The translations under genes were made by a program, and so were the position numbers. The notes beneath the pieces were generated by a model that saw only the letters and a list, made by a program, of their open reading frames with translations, did not search any database and was not told where the DNA came from. A stretch of 64,000 bases of DNA from Chloroflexota bacterium (lineage in GTDB: Bacteria; Chloroflexota; Dehalococcoidia; UBA2979), in NCBI GenBank assembly GCA_003670735.1, contig QWQU01000001.1:1574-65573 (forward strand), written 5' to 3'. Of this stretch, positions 44,165 through 56,687 are shown piece after piece; position 1 is the stretch's first letter, and each line of letters opens with the position of its first letter.

Positions 44165-45993
44165 GCGACCTCCCGTTCGCGATGCCGCTTGGCCTGCTGG
44201 CTGCCCTGGTGCTACTGCCGATCGGCGTCGCGTGGCTGCTCGAGGCACGCGCGCAGCGTCGAGTCAGCCGCACCTACGGTGGCGACCAACTGCGCATCGG
44301 CCGCAGCCGCACCCTGGTCACACTCCGCCGAGCGCTGCTCGTGCTGGCGATCATCAGCGGTGCGTTCGCACTCGCGAGGCCACAGTGGGGCACCACCAAG
44401 ACTGCCGTGCAGCGTCAGGGCATCGATGTCGTGGTCGCCCTCGATATCTCGCGCTCCATGCAGGCAGCGGACATTCAGCCGTCGCGCGCGCGCGCAGCTG
44501 CAGCGGGGCTCGCCGAGATGCTGCGTCACCTCGGCGGCGACCGAGTCGGCCTCGTCACGTTCGCTGGCACAGCCTTCGCGCGCTCGCCGCTCACGCTCGA
44601 TACCGAGGCGATCGCGGACCTCGTGACGCGCGCGCAGCGTGAGAACGCGCTGGTCGGGCCGGGCACCGACGTTGGCGCGGCCATCACCACGGCACTACGC
44701 CTGCTCGATGTACCCGACCGCGCTTCGACGCGAGCGATCGTGCTCATCTCGGACGGCGAGGACCTCTCGAACGCGCAGAACGACGCCGTGACTGCCGCCC
44801 GCAACGCGAACGTGCGCATCTACACCGTCGCGGCTGGCACTGAGGTGGGCGCGCTCGTCCCCGCAGGCGAAGGCGCGCAGCCGGGTGCAGCTAACGTCGT
44901 GAGCCGTGCCGACCGCGCCACGCTCGCACGAATCGCGAGCGACACCGGCGCAAGCACGCGCGATGTGAGCACGCTCGCGGGACTCGCCGTCGAGCTCGCG
45001 CGGCTGCAGCAGTCCGAGCTCGATAGCAACAGCCAGGACGTGCCGATCGAGCGATTCCAGTGGCCGCTCGCACTCGCGATCCTCGCACTGCTCGCACAGA
45101 CGCTGATCCCCGAAGCGACCGCCCCGCGCCGTCTATCCGAGCACACCCCGAACGTGCCGAGTCCACGACGCATCCTCGGCGTGGGTGGCCTGCTGCTCGT
45201 GTTGCTGCTCGGGGCATGCAGCGGCAGCGCGCCGTACCAGAAAGTGCATGCTGCGAACGCCGAATATCTACGCGGGCGTTTCCCGCAGGCGCTCGCGCTC
45301 TACGCGACGGCGAAGCAGCTCGCCTCGACCGAGCCAATCGTTGACTACGACATCGCCAACACACTGCTGCGCCTCGACCGCTTCGACGACGCCGTGTCGT
45401 CCGCGAAGAGCGCCGCGACCACAACGAAGGACGGCACCCTCTACGCGCAGGCCACCTACACAGCGGCAAGCGCGGCTTTCCGACGCGGCAACCTCGTTGA
45501 GGCGCGCGACGGCTTCATCACCGTGCTGCAGCGCGACCCGAACGACGTCGATGCGCGGCACAACCTCGAGGTCGTGCTGCACGCAATCCAGCGCACGCCA
45601 CCACCGGCCACGCCGACGCCAACCCCACCACCATCGAACGGCCAGGGCAGTGGCCCGAGCGCTTCACCAACGCCGGGTGGAGGCCAGTCCCAGCCGGGAC
45701 AAGGTCAGCCCTCGGGCACGCCCGGTGCGGGCGCGGGACAACCGAGCGGACAGCCAGGCCAACCCGGCAGCGGCCAGCCAGGGCAGGGTGGCGGCTCGGC
45801 CACGCCGGGCGGCACGAGCGCCGATGCGCAGCGCGCCGCCGATGAGGCATTGCGTGCGTCACTTGCGGGCCTGCCCGCTGACCTCACCCCTGAACAGGCA
45901 ATGGCCGTACTCGATACCGCACGGCAGGCGAGCGAGGCTGGCACGCTGCAACGAGGCGGCGGCAGCGGCGCACCCAACCCCAACGACCGCTAG
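44161..45993 (+). CDS. vWA-domain + TPR membrane protein (BatB/BatC-like fusion) with Pro/Gly/Gln-rich tail
   Basis: MIDAS motif DISRSM. TM. TPR-like repeats (YLRGRFPQALALY..., AASAAFRRGNLVEARDGFITVLQRDPND). GQPGQPGSGQPGQGGG low-complexity tail. ATGA overlap. Confidence 0.75.
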   Translation: MSDLPFAMPLGLLAALVLLPIGVAWLLEARAQRRVSRTYGGDQLRIGRSRTLVTLRRALLVLAIISGAFALARPQWGTTKTAVQRQGIDVVVALDISRSMQAADIQPSRARAAAAGLAEMLRHLGGDRVGLVTFAGTAFARSPLTLDTEAIADLVTRAQRENALVGPGTDVGAAITTALRLLDVPDRASTRAIVLISDGEDLSNAQNDAVTAARNANVRIYTVAAGTEVGALVPAGEGAQPGAANVVSRADRATLARIASDTGASTRDVSTLAGLAVELARLQQSELDSNSQDVPIERFQWPLALAILALLAQTLIPEATAPRRLSEHTPNVPSPRRILGVGGLLLVLLLGACSGSAPYQKVHAANAEYLRGRFPQALALYATAKQLASTEPIVDYDIANTLLRLDRFDDAVSSAKSAATTTKDGTLYAQATYTAASAAFRRGNLVEARDGFITVLQRDPNDVDARHNLEVVLHAIQRTPPPATPTPTPPPSNGQGSGPSASPTPGGGQSQPGQGQPSGTPGAGAGQPSGQPGQPGSGQPGQGGGSATPGGTSADAQRAADEALRASLAGLPADLTPEQAMAVLDTARQASEAGTLQRGGGSGAPNPNDR

Positions 45994-46002
45994 CGAGTCT
46001 GG

Positions 46003-48333
46003 TTAGCCGCGCAGGCTGAAGAAGCGAGAGAACGCGCGCTTCATCAGGCGCGACCGCGCCTGCAAGTACGTCTGATCGAGACGTGCGGTGTCCTCGGTGC
46101 TTTCGGTCGTGGCGCTCCGACCGTAACGCTCGGCAGCGTACGCCCGTGCGAGTGGCGCGAGGTCGAGCGGGGGACGCCGTACAGCGGCGCCTAGCTGGCG
46201 CGCCTCTTCGAGCGGTGTGCGATCTGTGCTGAGTCGCACGCCAGCCCAGTTCGCGAGCGTCTGCAGCTTCGCCCAGCGCCGCGTCGCCGGCGTCATCCCT
46301 CGGAACGGCGTGTCCCACGCGAGCCGGCCGGCGCCGCCAACAACGAGCGCCGCAGCAGCCAACACGAGGATGCCCGTGCCGACGCGCGAGACGAAGCGAC
46401 TCCATGCAGCCTGCGGCCCCTCGGCGGCAACGCCCGAGCCCTCCGCCGGAATATCGAGGTCCATGTTCGGGTCGATCGAGGGCGACTCATCACCCAGATC
46501 GCCCGCAGCCGGCGTCGCTAGATCGGAGTCGTCACCCGGTCGCGTGATCGCGAGGCGCGACGGCGTCGGGTTGAAGTCCACCCAGCCATAGCCCTGGAAG
46601 TAGACCTGCGGCCACACCCACGACTGCTGGTCGGTGACGACGAACTGCTTCGTCACCGGGTCACGCTCTGCATCACTCAGCGCGAAGCCAACGGCGACGC
46701 GGCTCGGCACACCGAGCGCGCGCAGCATCACCGCCATCGAGGACGCGAAGTAGTCGCTGTACCCCTGCCGCCGATCGAACAGGAAGAAGCGCACGCTGTC
46801 GGTCTGCGGCGGGCGTGCCCCAATGTCGAGGCCGTACAGATAGCTGCGGCGTAGGTAGTCCTCCACTTTGAGGGCGAGCTTGTACGGCACCTTCTCGTCG
46901 GCGGCGACCTGACGCGCGAGCAGGCGCACCTCGCTCGGCAGTTCCGGGGGCAGCTGCAGGTAGCGCTCGCGCACGTACTGCGGGTAGTCAACGCTCGAGG
47001 TGATGAGGCGGTCGGCAGTCGCCGCGCTCATGCTGCCGACCGTGCGGTACTCGGCGTCGGCGAGGATGTCGCTGGTCGGCACCACCGCGAGGATGTCCTC
47101 GGGCGCACCGCCGACAACGACTCGCGTCCCGATGTCGGAAGCGAGTGGCTCGCCAAACGTGAACTCGCGCTTTCGGGCGAAGTCACCCGTGACATGCACC
47201 GTCGCCGGCACGGGCAATCGCACCTGCGTCTTGGTCTGCGCTGTGCCGGCGGTCGCGGCATCGACCGTGAGGCCGGTCAGTGGCCGTTCGGTCGTGGTGT
47301 TCAGCTTCCAGCCGTTCGAGGTGTACGTGTCGTAGACCGCGCCGCGCAGATACGCCTCGAACGGTGCGTCAACAGAGAGCAGCGGATCTGAGCCGAGCTG
47401 CACGGAGCCTTGCAGCGGCAGCACGCCCTCGAAGGTATGGAGGCCAGTGGAGCGCTTCGAGGAGACACCGATGAACAGCTCACCAATGCGCTCGACCCGC
47501 GCGGTCACTGGCGCCAGCGCGCGCTCCCAGATCGACGCGAACGGGCCCCAGTGGTTGGCAGTCGGGATCACCCACGCGGCGATGATCAGCAGCACACCGA
47601 CCCATGTCGCGAGGTTGAGCACCTCCAGCGAGAGCAGCATCGATGGCGCCTCGCCACCCTCGTCGTTCAGGCGATCGACGGCACGCAGCATGTGGAGCCG
47701 CGCGAAGAGCAGGATGCCCGCGAACAGGAAGACAATCAGCTCGGCAGATGGCTGCCCCGGCAGGTACGAGATGTTCGTGAGCAGCGCGATCGCACTAGGT
47801 GCGAGCGCGAGCCATGGGTTCCGCCAGCGCGCGACTGCCCATGCCGCGAGGTAGGCGACCGCAAACGTCGCGAAGACCACCATCAGCACGAACGGGATCG
47901 GATCCGTCGAGAAGTCGCCGCTGCGCACGGCCTTGAACCAGTCGGCGTTGCGCGACCAGAGCTCCGTCGCGCGGTACTGCCAGGTCTGCGGCGCGGAGGG
48001 ATCGAGGCGTAGTTCGCGCGCGATCTCGAAGCAGACGTAGGCGCTGCCCGCGAGCAAGCCGAACGGGTGCAGCAGCCACCCCGGCAAGCGTGTCCGCGCG
48101 AGGATCCAGCCGCCGAGCAGGCTCACCGCCGCGACCGTGCCGAGCTGCGGCATCTCCTCGACCCAGTCGGCGCGCTCGATCGAGGTGATCGCGGCGATCA
48201 GCGCGGTGAAGGTGAGCAGGAAGGTAATGACTTCCTCGCCGATCGCGCCGAGCAGTCCCCGCGTCGTACGTCGCGGCGATGGCCCCGCCTCGGTCGGCGT
48301 GCGGCCGGTGAGCTGGTCCCAGGTCGCGCTCAT
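46003..48333 (-). CDS. transglutaminase-like superfamily integral membrane protein (DUF3488-type N-terminus), with probable catalytic-triad substitutions
   Basis: 776 aa, 6 or more TM helices. Core block RRQGYSDYFASSMAVMLRALGVPSRVAVGF...QQSWVWPQVYFQGYGWVDFNPT aligns to the TGase core GxCxxFA...GIPAR...HAWxE...GWxxxDPT with Cys->Ser, His->Gln and Asp->Asn. Confidence 0.75.
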   Translation of the reverse strand: MSATWDQLTGRTPTEAGPSPRRTTRGLLGAIGEEVITFLLTFTALIAAITSIERADWVEEMPQLGTVAAVSLLGGWILARTRLPGWLLHPFGLLAGSAYVCFEIARELRLDPSAPQTWQYRATELWSRNADWFKAVRSGDFSTDPIPFVLMVVFATFAVAYLAAWAVARWRNPWLALAPSAIALLTNISYLPGQPSAELIVFLFAGILLFARLHMLRAVDRLNDEGGEAPSMLLSLEVLNLATWVGVLLIIAAWVIPTANHWGPFASIWERALAPVTARVERIGELFIGVSSKRSTGLHTFEGVLPLQGSVQLGSDPLLSVDAPFEAYLRGAVYDTYTSNGWKLNTTTERPLTGLTVDAATAGTAQTKTQVRLPVPATVHVTGDFARKREFTFGEPLASDIGTRVVVGGAPEDILAVVPTSDILADAEYRTVGSMSAATADRLITSSVDYPQYVRERYLQLPPELPSEVRLLARQVAADEKVPYKLALKVEDYLRRSYLYGLDIGARPPQTDSVRFFLFDRRQGYSDYFASSMAVMLRALGVPSRVAVGFALSDAERDPVTKQFVVTDQQSWVWPQVYFQGYGWVDFNPTPSRLAITRPGDDSDLATPAAGDLGDESPSIDPNMDLDIPAEGSGVAAEGPQAAWSRFVSRVGTGILVLAAAALVVGGAGRLAWDTPFRGMTPATRRWAKLQTLANWAGVRLSTDRTPLEEARQLGAAVRRPPLDLAPLARAYAAERYGRSATTESTEDTARLDQTYLQARSRLMKRAFSRFFSLRG

Positions 48334-49610
48334 CGCGCACCTCGCTCGATGAGCAGCGAGGCGTCAGCGCCGATCGAGAGCGCATGCCCGAGGTCGTCCG
48401 ACTGCTTCACGGTGTAGGTGTAGACACCACCCGCCGCGAGCGTCCCGTAGACATCGAGCGCACTGCCAGCGACGTCACTGACAGGCTCGCCATAGGTCTC
48501 GGCTTCGAGGAGGACTGCGGCCACCTTCACGCCTCGCGACTGCAGCGCCATCATCGACAGCGCCCACGCGTCATCGGTCGATGGCGTGACCACGACCAGC
48601 GTGGTGTGGCGGCCGAAGCGGCGTGACTCCTCGAGGAGCAGTCGCGAAAGCGGCACATCGCTGGTGGCCTGCGCGAGCGCGAGCGACTCGAGGATGCGCG
48701 TGTAGTGGTTCGCGCCACGCTCCGCCTCATCGACCCGCAGGTCGGCGCCGAACGAGATCAGGCCGACGGTACGATTGGCCGTAATGAAGTACCGCGCGAT
48801 CGAGGCAGCGATCTTCACCGCGGCCTCCTCGGTGCCATCGTCGGTGCCTTCGCCCACCTGCACCGAACGCTGCAGGTCGAGCACGATCCAAATGTCGGAG
48901 GCCGGGTCGAGCTCGAACAGCTTCACGATCAGCGAGTTCGTACGCGCCGTCGCCGGCCAGTGGATGCGGTTGTAGGAGTCGCCCGGCTCGTACGGCCGCA
49001 GCCCCGAGACGTTCGGCGTGACGTTGTGCGTGCGACGGCGGAACCGACCATCACCCGGCAGGTTCGCTGGTGGAATGGAGAAATTCGGCAGCTCCGGCGC
49101 GTTCGGGTACACGAGCACGGGCGTGGGGTGACCGAAGACACGCGAGAAGCGGAAGAAGCCGAACGGGTCGGTCGCAGTCACCGTTACCGGTCCAAGCTCG
49201 TAGATGCCGCGACGCAGCGCCGGCGTCTCGTAGCGCCAGACCTCGACGCCGCGTCCGCGCAGCGTCATCACGCGCCGCGTGCCGTGGCCGGGGATCGACG
49301 CGCGGTCTTCGACCTCGAGCCACACCTTCGGCAAGCGCGCGGTGTTGCGTAGCACGATCCGGCCATCCAGCGATTGGCCCTGCGATACGCGCTGCGTGCG
49401 CCGCACGACGTCGACCTCGAGGTCGTCGATCATCGAGCGCGTCCAGAAGTAGACGATCGGCACGACGAGCGCGAGGAGGTACGCGAGGCGAAACAGCAGC
49501 CAGAACCCCGTGGCAAAGCCCACGATGAAGCACGTCACGGCAACAGCGAGGGCCAACGTGACATTGGGATAGCGACGCGCGCCACTCAGGGCCGCTCGCA
49601 ACCTCGACAT
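48330..49610 (-). CDS. DUF58-domain protein with N-terminal TM helices
   Basis: YEPGDSYNRIHWPATARTNSLIVKLFE is the DUF58 signature. 4-nt overlap with the downstream TGase-like gene. Confidence 0.75.
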   Translation of the reverse strand: MSRLRAALSGARRYPNVTLALAVAVTCFIVGFATGFWLLFRLAYLLALVVPIVYFWTRSMIDDLEVDVVRRTQRVSQGQSLDGRIVLRNTARLPKVWLEVEDRASIPGHGTRRVMTLRGRGVEVWRYETPALRRGIYELGPVTVTATDPFGFFRFSRVFGHPTPVLVYPNAPELPNFSIPPANLPGDGRFRRRTHNVTPNVSGLRPYEPGDSYNRIHWPATARTNSLIVKLFELDPASDIWIVLDLQRSVQVGEGTDDGTEEAAVKIAASIARYFITANRTVGLISFGADLRVDEAERGANHYTRILESLALAQATSDVPLSRLLLEESRRFGRHTTLVVVTPSTDDAWALSMMALQSRGVKVAAVLLEAETYGEPVSDVAGSALDVYGTLAAGGVYTYTVKQSDDLGHALSIGADASLLIERGAR

Positions 49611-49614
49611 AGGA

Positions 49615-50571
49615 CTAGGCGCCGCCGCGCGCGCGCACGCCAGGCACGGGCACGCGGCCGATGGACTCCTCGATCACCTGCGCGCTGTCGATGTTTCGCA
49701 CACGCGCACCAGGGCTCACGATCACGCGGTGCCCAAGCGTCGCGTTCGCGAGCAGCTTGATGTCGTCCGGCTGCACGAAGTCGCGACCGTCGAGCATTGC
49801 GTAGGCCTGCGCCGCGCGCATCAACGAAATCGAACCACGAGGCGATGCCCCGAGGTAGACGCTCTCGTGCTCACGCGTCGCGTTGACCAGTGTGACGATG
49901 TACTGCTTCACCAGCGGGTCGACATAGATCTCGCGCACCGCAGCCTGCAGCTCGAGCACCTCACCGGCACTCGTGACTTCCGCGAGCGATTCGATCGGGT
50001 GCGAGGACTGCTGTGCGTCGAGTACCAGCACCTCGTCGGTCGGCGACGGGTAGCCGAGTTGCACGCGCATCAGGAAGCGGTCGAGCTGTGCCTCGGGCAG
50101 CGGGAAGGTGCCCTCGTACTCGATCGGGTTCTGCGTCGCCATCACCATGAACGGGTCGGGCACGAAGTGCGTGATCCCATCCACCGTGACCTGGCGCTCT
50201 TCCATCGCTTCAAGCAGCGCGGACTGCGTCTTCGGCGTGGCGCGATTGATCTCGTCGGTCAGGACCACCTGGGCCATGATCGGGCCGGCGCGGAACTCGA
50301 AGTCACGCGTGCCCTGGTTGAACACGGACACGCCCGTGACGTCCGAGGGGAGCAGGTCCGGCGTGAACTGGATGCGCTGGAAGCTGCAGCCAGTCGACTT
50401 CGCCAGCGCCCGCGCGAGCATGGTCTTGCCCACGCCCGGCACGTCCTCGATCAGCAGGTGACCACGGGCGAGGAGACAGACCAGCGCGAGCCGGGTCTCC
50501 TGCGACTTGCCGATAATCACGCGGTCAACGTTGGCGAGGATTCGCTCTGCGGCGATCCGGGGATCCTGCAC
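49615..50571 (-). CDS. MoxR-family AAA+ ATPase (second copy)
   Basis: [17 protein letters not shown] Walker [23 protein letters not shown]. 318 aa. Confidence 0.85.
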   Translation of the reverse strand: MQDPRIAAERILANVDRVIIGKSQETRLALVCLLARGHLLIEDVPGVGKTMLARALAKSTGCSFQRIQFTPDLLPSDVTGVSVFNQGTRDFEFRAGPIMAQVVLTDEINRATPKTQSALLEAMEERQVTVDGITHFVPDPFMVMATQNPIEYEGTFPLPEAQLDRFLMRVQLGYPSPTDEVLVLDAQQSSHPIESLAEVTSAGEVLELQAAVREIYVDPLVKQYIVTLVNATREHESVYLGASPRGSISLMRAAQAYAMLDGRDFVQPDDIKLLANATLGHRVIVSPGARVRNIDSAQVIEESIGRVPVPGVRARGGA

Positions 50572-50719
50572 GGGCGGCCTCCGAGGGGTCAGTCAGACGC
50601 TGGGTGTTGAGCGCGCGTTCTGGGAGCCCTCACCGCGCCGCCGGACGTCGATGGGTGGCTCAGTATATCAACGCGCATCGGCCCTCAACGGATCGGGCGT
50701 GCCTCCGTACCATGGATCC

Positions 50720-51781
50720 ATGGGATTTCGCGCAGACTTCACTGAATCTCGCTGGTCACGGCGACAACTGCTCCGGGTTGCCCTCGGCGCCGGTGCCACA
50801 TTGCCGCTCGCGGCACTGCTCGGCTGCACCCGCCAGGGCGTGAGCGTGTCCGCCTCGCCGAGCACAACGACCGCCACCACGGCAGCCTCGAGTGCGACCC
50901 CGACACTCACGGCGACACCGCCGCCCACCCCAAGCCCGACGCCAACGCCTGCACACACCCCAGTCCCGCTGACGATCGCCGTGCTCCCGGCCACGCTCGG
51001 GACGGGCGAGGCGATGCGCCTCGAGGTTGCCATGCCGGCGTGGGCCAGCGACGCAAAGGGCACGTTCCGCTTCGACGGCAAGCAGTACGCGCTGGCTCGG
51101 CGCGCGGATGGCTCGCTCTGGGGCATCGTGGGAGCCTCGCTCGACCGATCGCCATCCACTTCGGTCCCGCTGACCGTCGAGGCGCAGACCAGCGCGGGCC
51201 TGCCGATCGGCACCGGCAGCCGCAACATCGCAATCGTCGCGGTGCAGCGCCCGATCGACTACCTCCAGGTCACGGAGGAGCAGGGCGCAGTGCTCGGCGG
51301 CGACGCCGGCCCGCGCGAGGAGGCGATCCGCCAGCAGCAATTCGCCTCGTTCGATCCGGTGCCCCCTCGATGGAGCGGGCTCTTCCTCCGTCCGACCGAT
51401 GGCGAGACCACCACGCAGTTCGGCTGGGCGCGCTCGATCAACAATGGGCCGGTAGGCGCAGGCCACACCGGCACCGACCTCGCCAACGATACGGGCACGC
51501 CCGTGCAGCTCGCCGCTGCTGGTCGCGTGATCTGGGCTGGCCCCATGCCAATTCGAGGTAACGCGGTGGTCGTCGACCACGGCGGCGGTGTGAAGTCCGG
51601 CTACCACCACCTCAGCGCGATCAACGTCGCCGTCGGCGATACGGTGCTTGCCGCCGGCACGGTCGTCGGCCTCGTCGGCTCGACCGGCTTCGCGACCGGG
51701 CCGCATCTGCATTGGGAAGTCACGGTGTGGGGCACGAACGTCGACGCGATGACCTGGCTAACGGTGCCGTTCGGCACGTAA
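50720..51781 (+). CDS. M23-family metallopeptidase, Tat-signal lipoprotein
   Basis: MGFRADFTESRWSRRQLLRVALGAGATLPLAALLGC (twin-Arg + lipobox). HTGTDLANDTG...HLHWEV M23 zinc motifs. ATG 50720 chosen inside ORF 50507... Confidence 0.8.
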   Translation: MGFRADFTESRWSRRQLLRVALGAGATLPLAALLGCTRQGVSVSASPSTTTATTAASSATPTLTATPPPTPSPTPTPAHTPVPLTIAVLPATLGTGEAMRLEVAMPAWASDAKGTFRFDGKQYALARRADGSLWGIVGASLDRSPSTSVPLTVEAQTSAGLPIGTGSRNIAIVAVQRPIDYLQVTEEQGAVLGGDAGPREEAIRQQQFASFDPVPPRWSGLFLRPTDGETTTQFGWARSINNGPVGAGHTGTDLANDTGTPVQLAAAGRVIWAGPMPIRGNAVVVDHGGGVKSGYHHLSAINVAVGDTVLAAGTVVGLVGSTGFATGPHLHWEVTVWGTNVDAMTWLTVPFGT

Positions 51782-51800
51782 TGAGGGTCTGGGCGACCAG

Positions 51801-52541
51801 CTAGAGCAAGAACGACCGACTCGGGCCGGTTGGCGCGAGTCCGCCCGTCAGCTCGAGCAGCTGCGCGGCCGCGACGATCGCGGCGGTCTCGATGCGCATC
51901 AATCGCGGCCCCATCGAGCAGCGCACGGCACCCTGCGCATCGAACGCGTCGAGCTCCGACTGCGTCCAGCCACCCTCGGGGCCAATGTGCAGCACGATCG
52001 CCTCCGGCAGCGAGGCCTGCGAGGTAACCGCCGAGCGAATGCTGACCTCGGTGTCCGGGTCACCCACGATGTGTAGTGCGCCGTCCGGCACCTCGCCGCC
52101 GACGAGCGGGATCAATGCGCGCCCGCACTGCTCGGCGGCCTCGACCGCGATCCGTTGCCAGCGTGCGTAGCGACCCTCGCCAGCGCGCATCACCGAGCGA
52201 TCCGTCTCCGTTGGCACGAGCTGAGCGACGCCAATCTCTGTGGCCTTCTCGACCAGCCAATCACCGCGAGAGGCCTTCGGGAACGCACACGCGAGCACGA
52301 TCCGCACGGGCGGCTCCGGAGCCGCGACCACGTCAGCGCCGAGTGTCAGCACGACACCGCTGCCGGTCATCGCGCCAACGCGCGCCTCGCGCTCACGGCC
52401 ACTGCCGTCGAACACCTGCAACGTCGCACCAGAGCGGATGCGCAGCACCTCGCGCAGCCGGCGCGCACGCGCACCGACCAGGCGAACCTCGCCATCCTCG
52501 CCCTGGTCAAACTCGTCTGGTTCGAGATGGAGCCGACGCAC
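51801..52541 (-). CDS. rsmE: 16S rRNA (uracil1498-N3)-methyltransferase
   Basis: 246 aa. PUA-like N-terminus and SPOUT domain (IVLHIGPEGGWTQSEL). Confidence 0.82.
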   Translation of the reverse strand: MRRLHLEPDEFDQGEDGEVRLVGARARRLREVLRIRSGATLQVFDGSGREREARVGAMTGSGVVLTLGADVVAAPEPPVRIVLACAFPKASRGDWLVEKATEIGVAQLVPTETDRSVMRAGEGRYARWQRIAVEAAEQCGRALIPLVGGEVPDGALHIVGDPDTEVSIRSAVTSQASLPEAIVLHIGPEGGWTQSELDAFDAQGAVRCSMGPRLMRIETAAIVAAAQLLELTGGLAPTGPSRSFLL

Positions 52542-53468
52542 TTACGCGTCTTTCACTGCGACAACACAGCGCCAGTCGGCTTCCTCGGTGACAGCGACCT
52601 GACGGAGCCCTGCCGCGCGCACGGCCGCCTCGATCGTCTCGCGCGCGGACTCAATGAATCCCGAGCCAATCCAGATACCGCCGGGCACGAGCGGCGCGAC
52701 ACAATCGGCCATCAGCTTCACAGCCGCGAGTGACGAGATGTTCGCCACGACGAGCTCGGCCTGTGGCGCGTCAGGCCACGGCCACGCCGGGCCAACCGAG
52801 CCAGCCTCGAGCGAGACTTGCGTCGTGACACCGTTGCGCTCGACGTTCTCTCGCGCGACATCCACCGCCTGCTCGTCGATATCGACGCCCCAGACATGTG
52901 AGGCGCCGAGGAGAATCGCGCCAATCGCGAGGATGCCCGAGCCTGTCCCCACGTCGATCACGCGCATGCCGGGCTGCAGATGCGTCTCAAGCGCACCGAG
53001 GCAGAGCCGCGTCGTCTCATGCTGACCGGTGCCGAACGCCCGACCCGGATCGAGGTCGATCACGAGGTCGTTGGGACGCAACTCAGCCTGCTCCCACGAG
53101 GGCTGCACGACCATGCGGCCGACACGCAGCACATGGAAGAACTGCTTCCATTCCTCGGCCCAATCGACCAGACGTACCGGCGCGATCTCGAGCGGTGGCA
53201 AAGGCGCACTCAGCACGAGCGCCGCGAGGCGCGCCTCGACCGCCTGGCGCTGTGCGTCCTCGAACGGCTCGCGCACGCAGGCGCGCACCACCGTCGGCTC
53301 GTCGAGATATTCGTAGGCGAAGTTGTCGCTGTCGATTGTGCGAATCGCCGGCTCGATCGAGACGCCGTCCGGCGCGAACTCGCCGAGCACGTCGGCCACG
53401 ATTTCCGCCTCGTCACGCGGCACGCGCGCGACGATCTCGATCCACGACTCGCTAGAGGGCGCGGTCAT
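52542..53468 (-). CDS. prmA: ribosomal protein L11 methyltransferase
   Basis: LDPGRAFGTGQHETTRLCL...VIDVGTGSGILAIGA is the PrmA SAM motif. Confidence 0.85.
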   Translation of the reverse strand: MTAPSSESWIEIVARVPRDEAEIVADVLGEFAPDGVSIEPAIRTIDSDNFAYEYLDEPTVVRACVREPFEDAQRQAVEARLAALVLSAPLPPLEIAPVRLVDWAEEWKQFFHVLRVGRMVVQPSWEQAELRPNDLVIDLDPGRAFGTGQHETTRLCLGALETHLQPGMRVIDVGTGSGILAIGAILLGASHVWGVDIDEQAVDVARENVERNGVTTQVSLEAGSVGPAWPWPDAPQAELVVANISSLAAVKLMADCVAPLVPGGIWIGSGFIESARETIEAAVRAAGLRQVAVTEEADWRCVVAVKDA

Positions 53469-53471
53469 CCC

Positions 53472-54596
53472 TTACGCGAACGCGTCGCGGATACGACCGA
53501 GGATGGACGAGTCCTTGTCGCCAGCCTGAGCCGGCGTACCCATCGACTCGGCGAGCTTCTCGAACAGCTCGCGCTGCTCGTCGCTCAGCTTGTTCGGCGT
53601 CACCACGCTCGTGTGCACGAGCAGGTCACCGCGACCGGAGCCGCGCAGGTAGGGCACGCCCTTTTCGTTGATCGTGAAGATCTGTCCGTGCTGCGTGCCC
53701 GGCTCGATCGTCAGCGCCACTGGCGCGCCCTCGAGCGTCGGAATGTCGACGGCCGCACCGAGCGCCGCCTGCGCGACGTTGATCCGCAGGTCGTAGACGA
53801 GGTCGTTGTCGTCGCGCTGGAAGACGGCGTGCGGCTGCACGCGCACCAGCACGTAGAGGTTGCCGTGACCGCCGCCGCGCGTACCGGCATCGCCCTCACT
53901 GGAGACGCGAATCTGCGCGCTGTCGTCGATGCCGGCCGGAATCTTGATCGTGCGCTTCACGTTGGCACGTCGGAACCCACGCCCGCGGCACGCGCCGCAG
54001 GGGTCGTTCACGATCAGGCCTTCGCCCTCGCAGCGATCGCAGGTCGCGACGTTCACGAACTGACCGAAGAGCGACTGCTGCACGCGGCGCAGCTCACCGG
54101 TGCCGCGGCACTCGGGGCAGGTCTGCGGCCGGCTACCCGGCATCGCGCCCGTACCCTGGCAGTCGTCACAGCCCTCGTTACGCTCGAACTCGATTTCACG
54201 CTCGACGCCGAAGACGGCCTCCGGGAACTCGATCGATACCTGCGTGCGCAGGTCCGAGCCGCGCTGCGGGCCGGCACGACGCGAGGCAGTGCCACGGAAG
54301 AAGGCGTCGAAGATGTCGCCGAAGCCGCCAAAGCCCTCGAAGCCGTTGAAGCCCTGGCCCTGCGCACCGACCCCAGCCGCGCCGAAGCGGTCGTACGAGG
54401 AGCGCTTCTCGGGGTCGGACAGCACCTCGTAGGCGGCTGCGACCTCCTTGAACTTCTCCTCGGCGCCCTCTTCCTTATTGCGGTCGGGGTGATACTCCAT
54501 CGCCAGCTTGCGGAAGGCGCGCTTGATGTCCTCTTGCGAGGCATCCTTCTGCACGCCCATCGTGGCGTAGAAATCCTGCTGCTGTGCGTTCGTCAT
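53472..54596 (-). CDS. dnaJ: chaperone DnaJ
   Basis: J domain ([33 protein letters not shown]). G/F region. 4x CxxCxGxG zinc fingers. Confidence 0.96.
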   Translation of the reverse strand: MTNAQQQDFYATMGVQKDASQEDIKRAFRKLAMEYHPDRNKEEGAEEKFKEVAAAYEVLSDPEKRSSYDRFGAAGVGAQGQGFNGFEGFGGFGDIFDAFFRGTASRRAGPQRGSDLRTQVSIEFPEAVFGVEREIEFERNEGCDDCQGTGAMPGSRPQTCPECRGTGELRRVQQSLFGQFVNVATCDRCEGEGLIVNDPCGACRGRGFRRANVKRTIKIPAGIDDSAQIRVSSEGDAGTRGGGHGNLYVLVRVQPHAVFQRDDNDLVYDLRINVAQAALGAAVDIPTLEGAPVALTIEPGTQHGQIFTINEKGVPYLRGSGRGDLLVHTSVVTPNKLSDEQRELFEKLAESMGTPAQAGDKDSSILGRIRDAFA

Positions 54597-54652
54597 AGAC
54601 CTATCCAGTGTAGCAATCGCCTCGGTTCAATGCCCCATCGGGAAGGCACCGA

Positions 54653-54693
54653 TCTCCAGACAACAGGACGCCCCGGCAGAACCGGGGCGTCCT
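54653..54693 (-). terminator. intra-operon attenuator/terminator hairpin between dnaK and dnaJ
   Basis: On the - strand: GGACGCCCCGG-TTCTG-CCGGGGCGTCC 12-bp stem followed by TGTTGTCTG. Confidence 0.5.
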
Positions 54694-54728
54694 CAATCGG
54701 AGCCCAGAAGCGCTAGCCCTCGAGCAGG

Positions 54729-56621
<1,893 letters not shown>

Positions 56622-56687
56622 CTGCCACCTTCTTCCTGAGTTCGACATGAAACGCGCGAGTCGCACTCGCGCCGAGATTGCTGAGTG

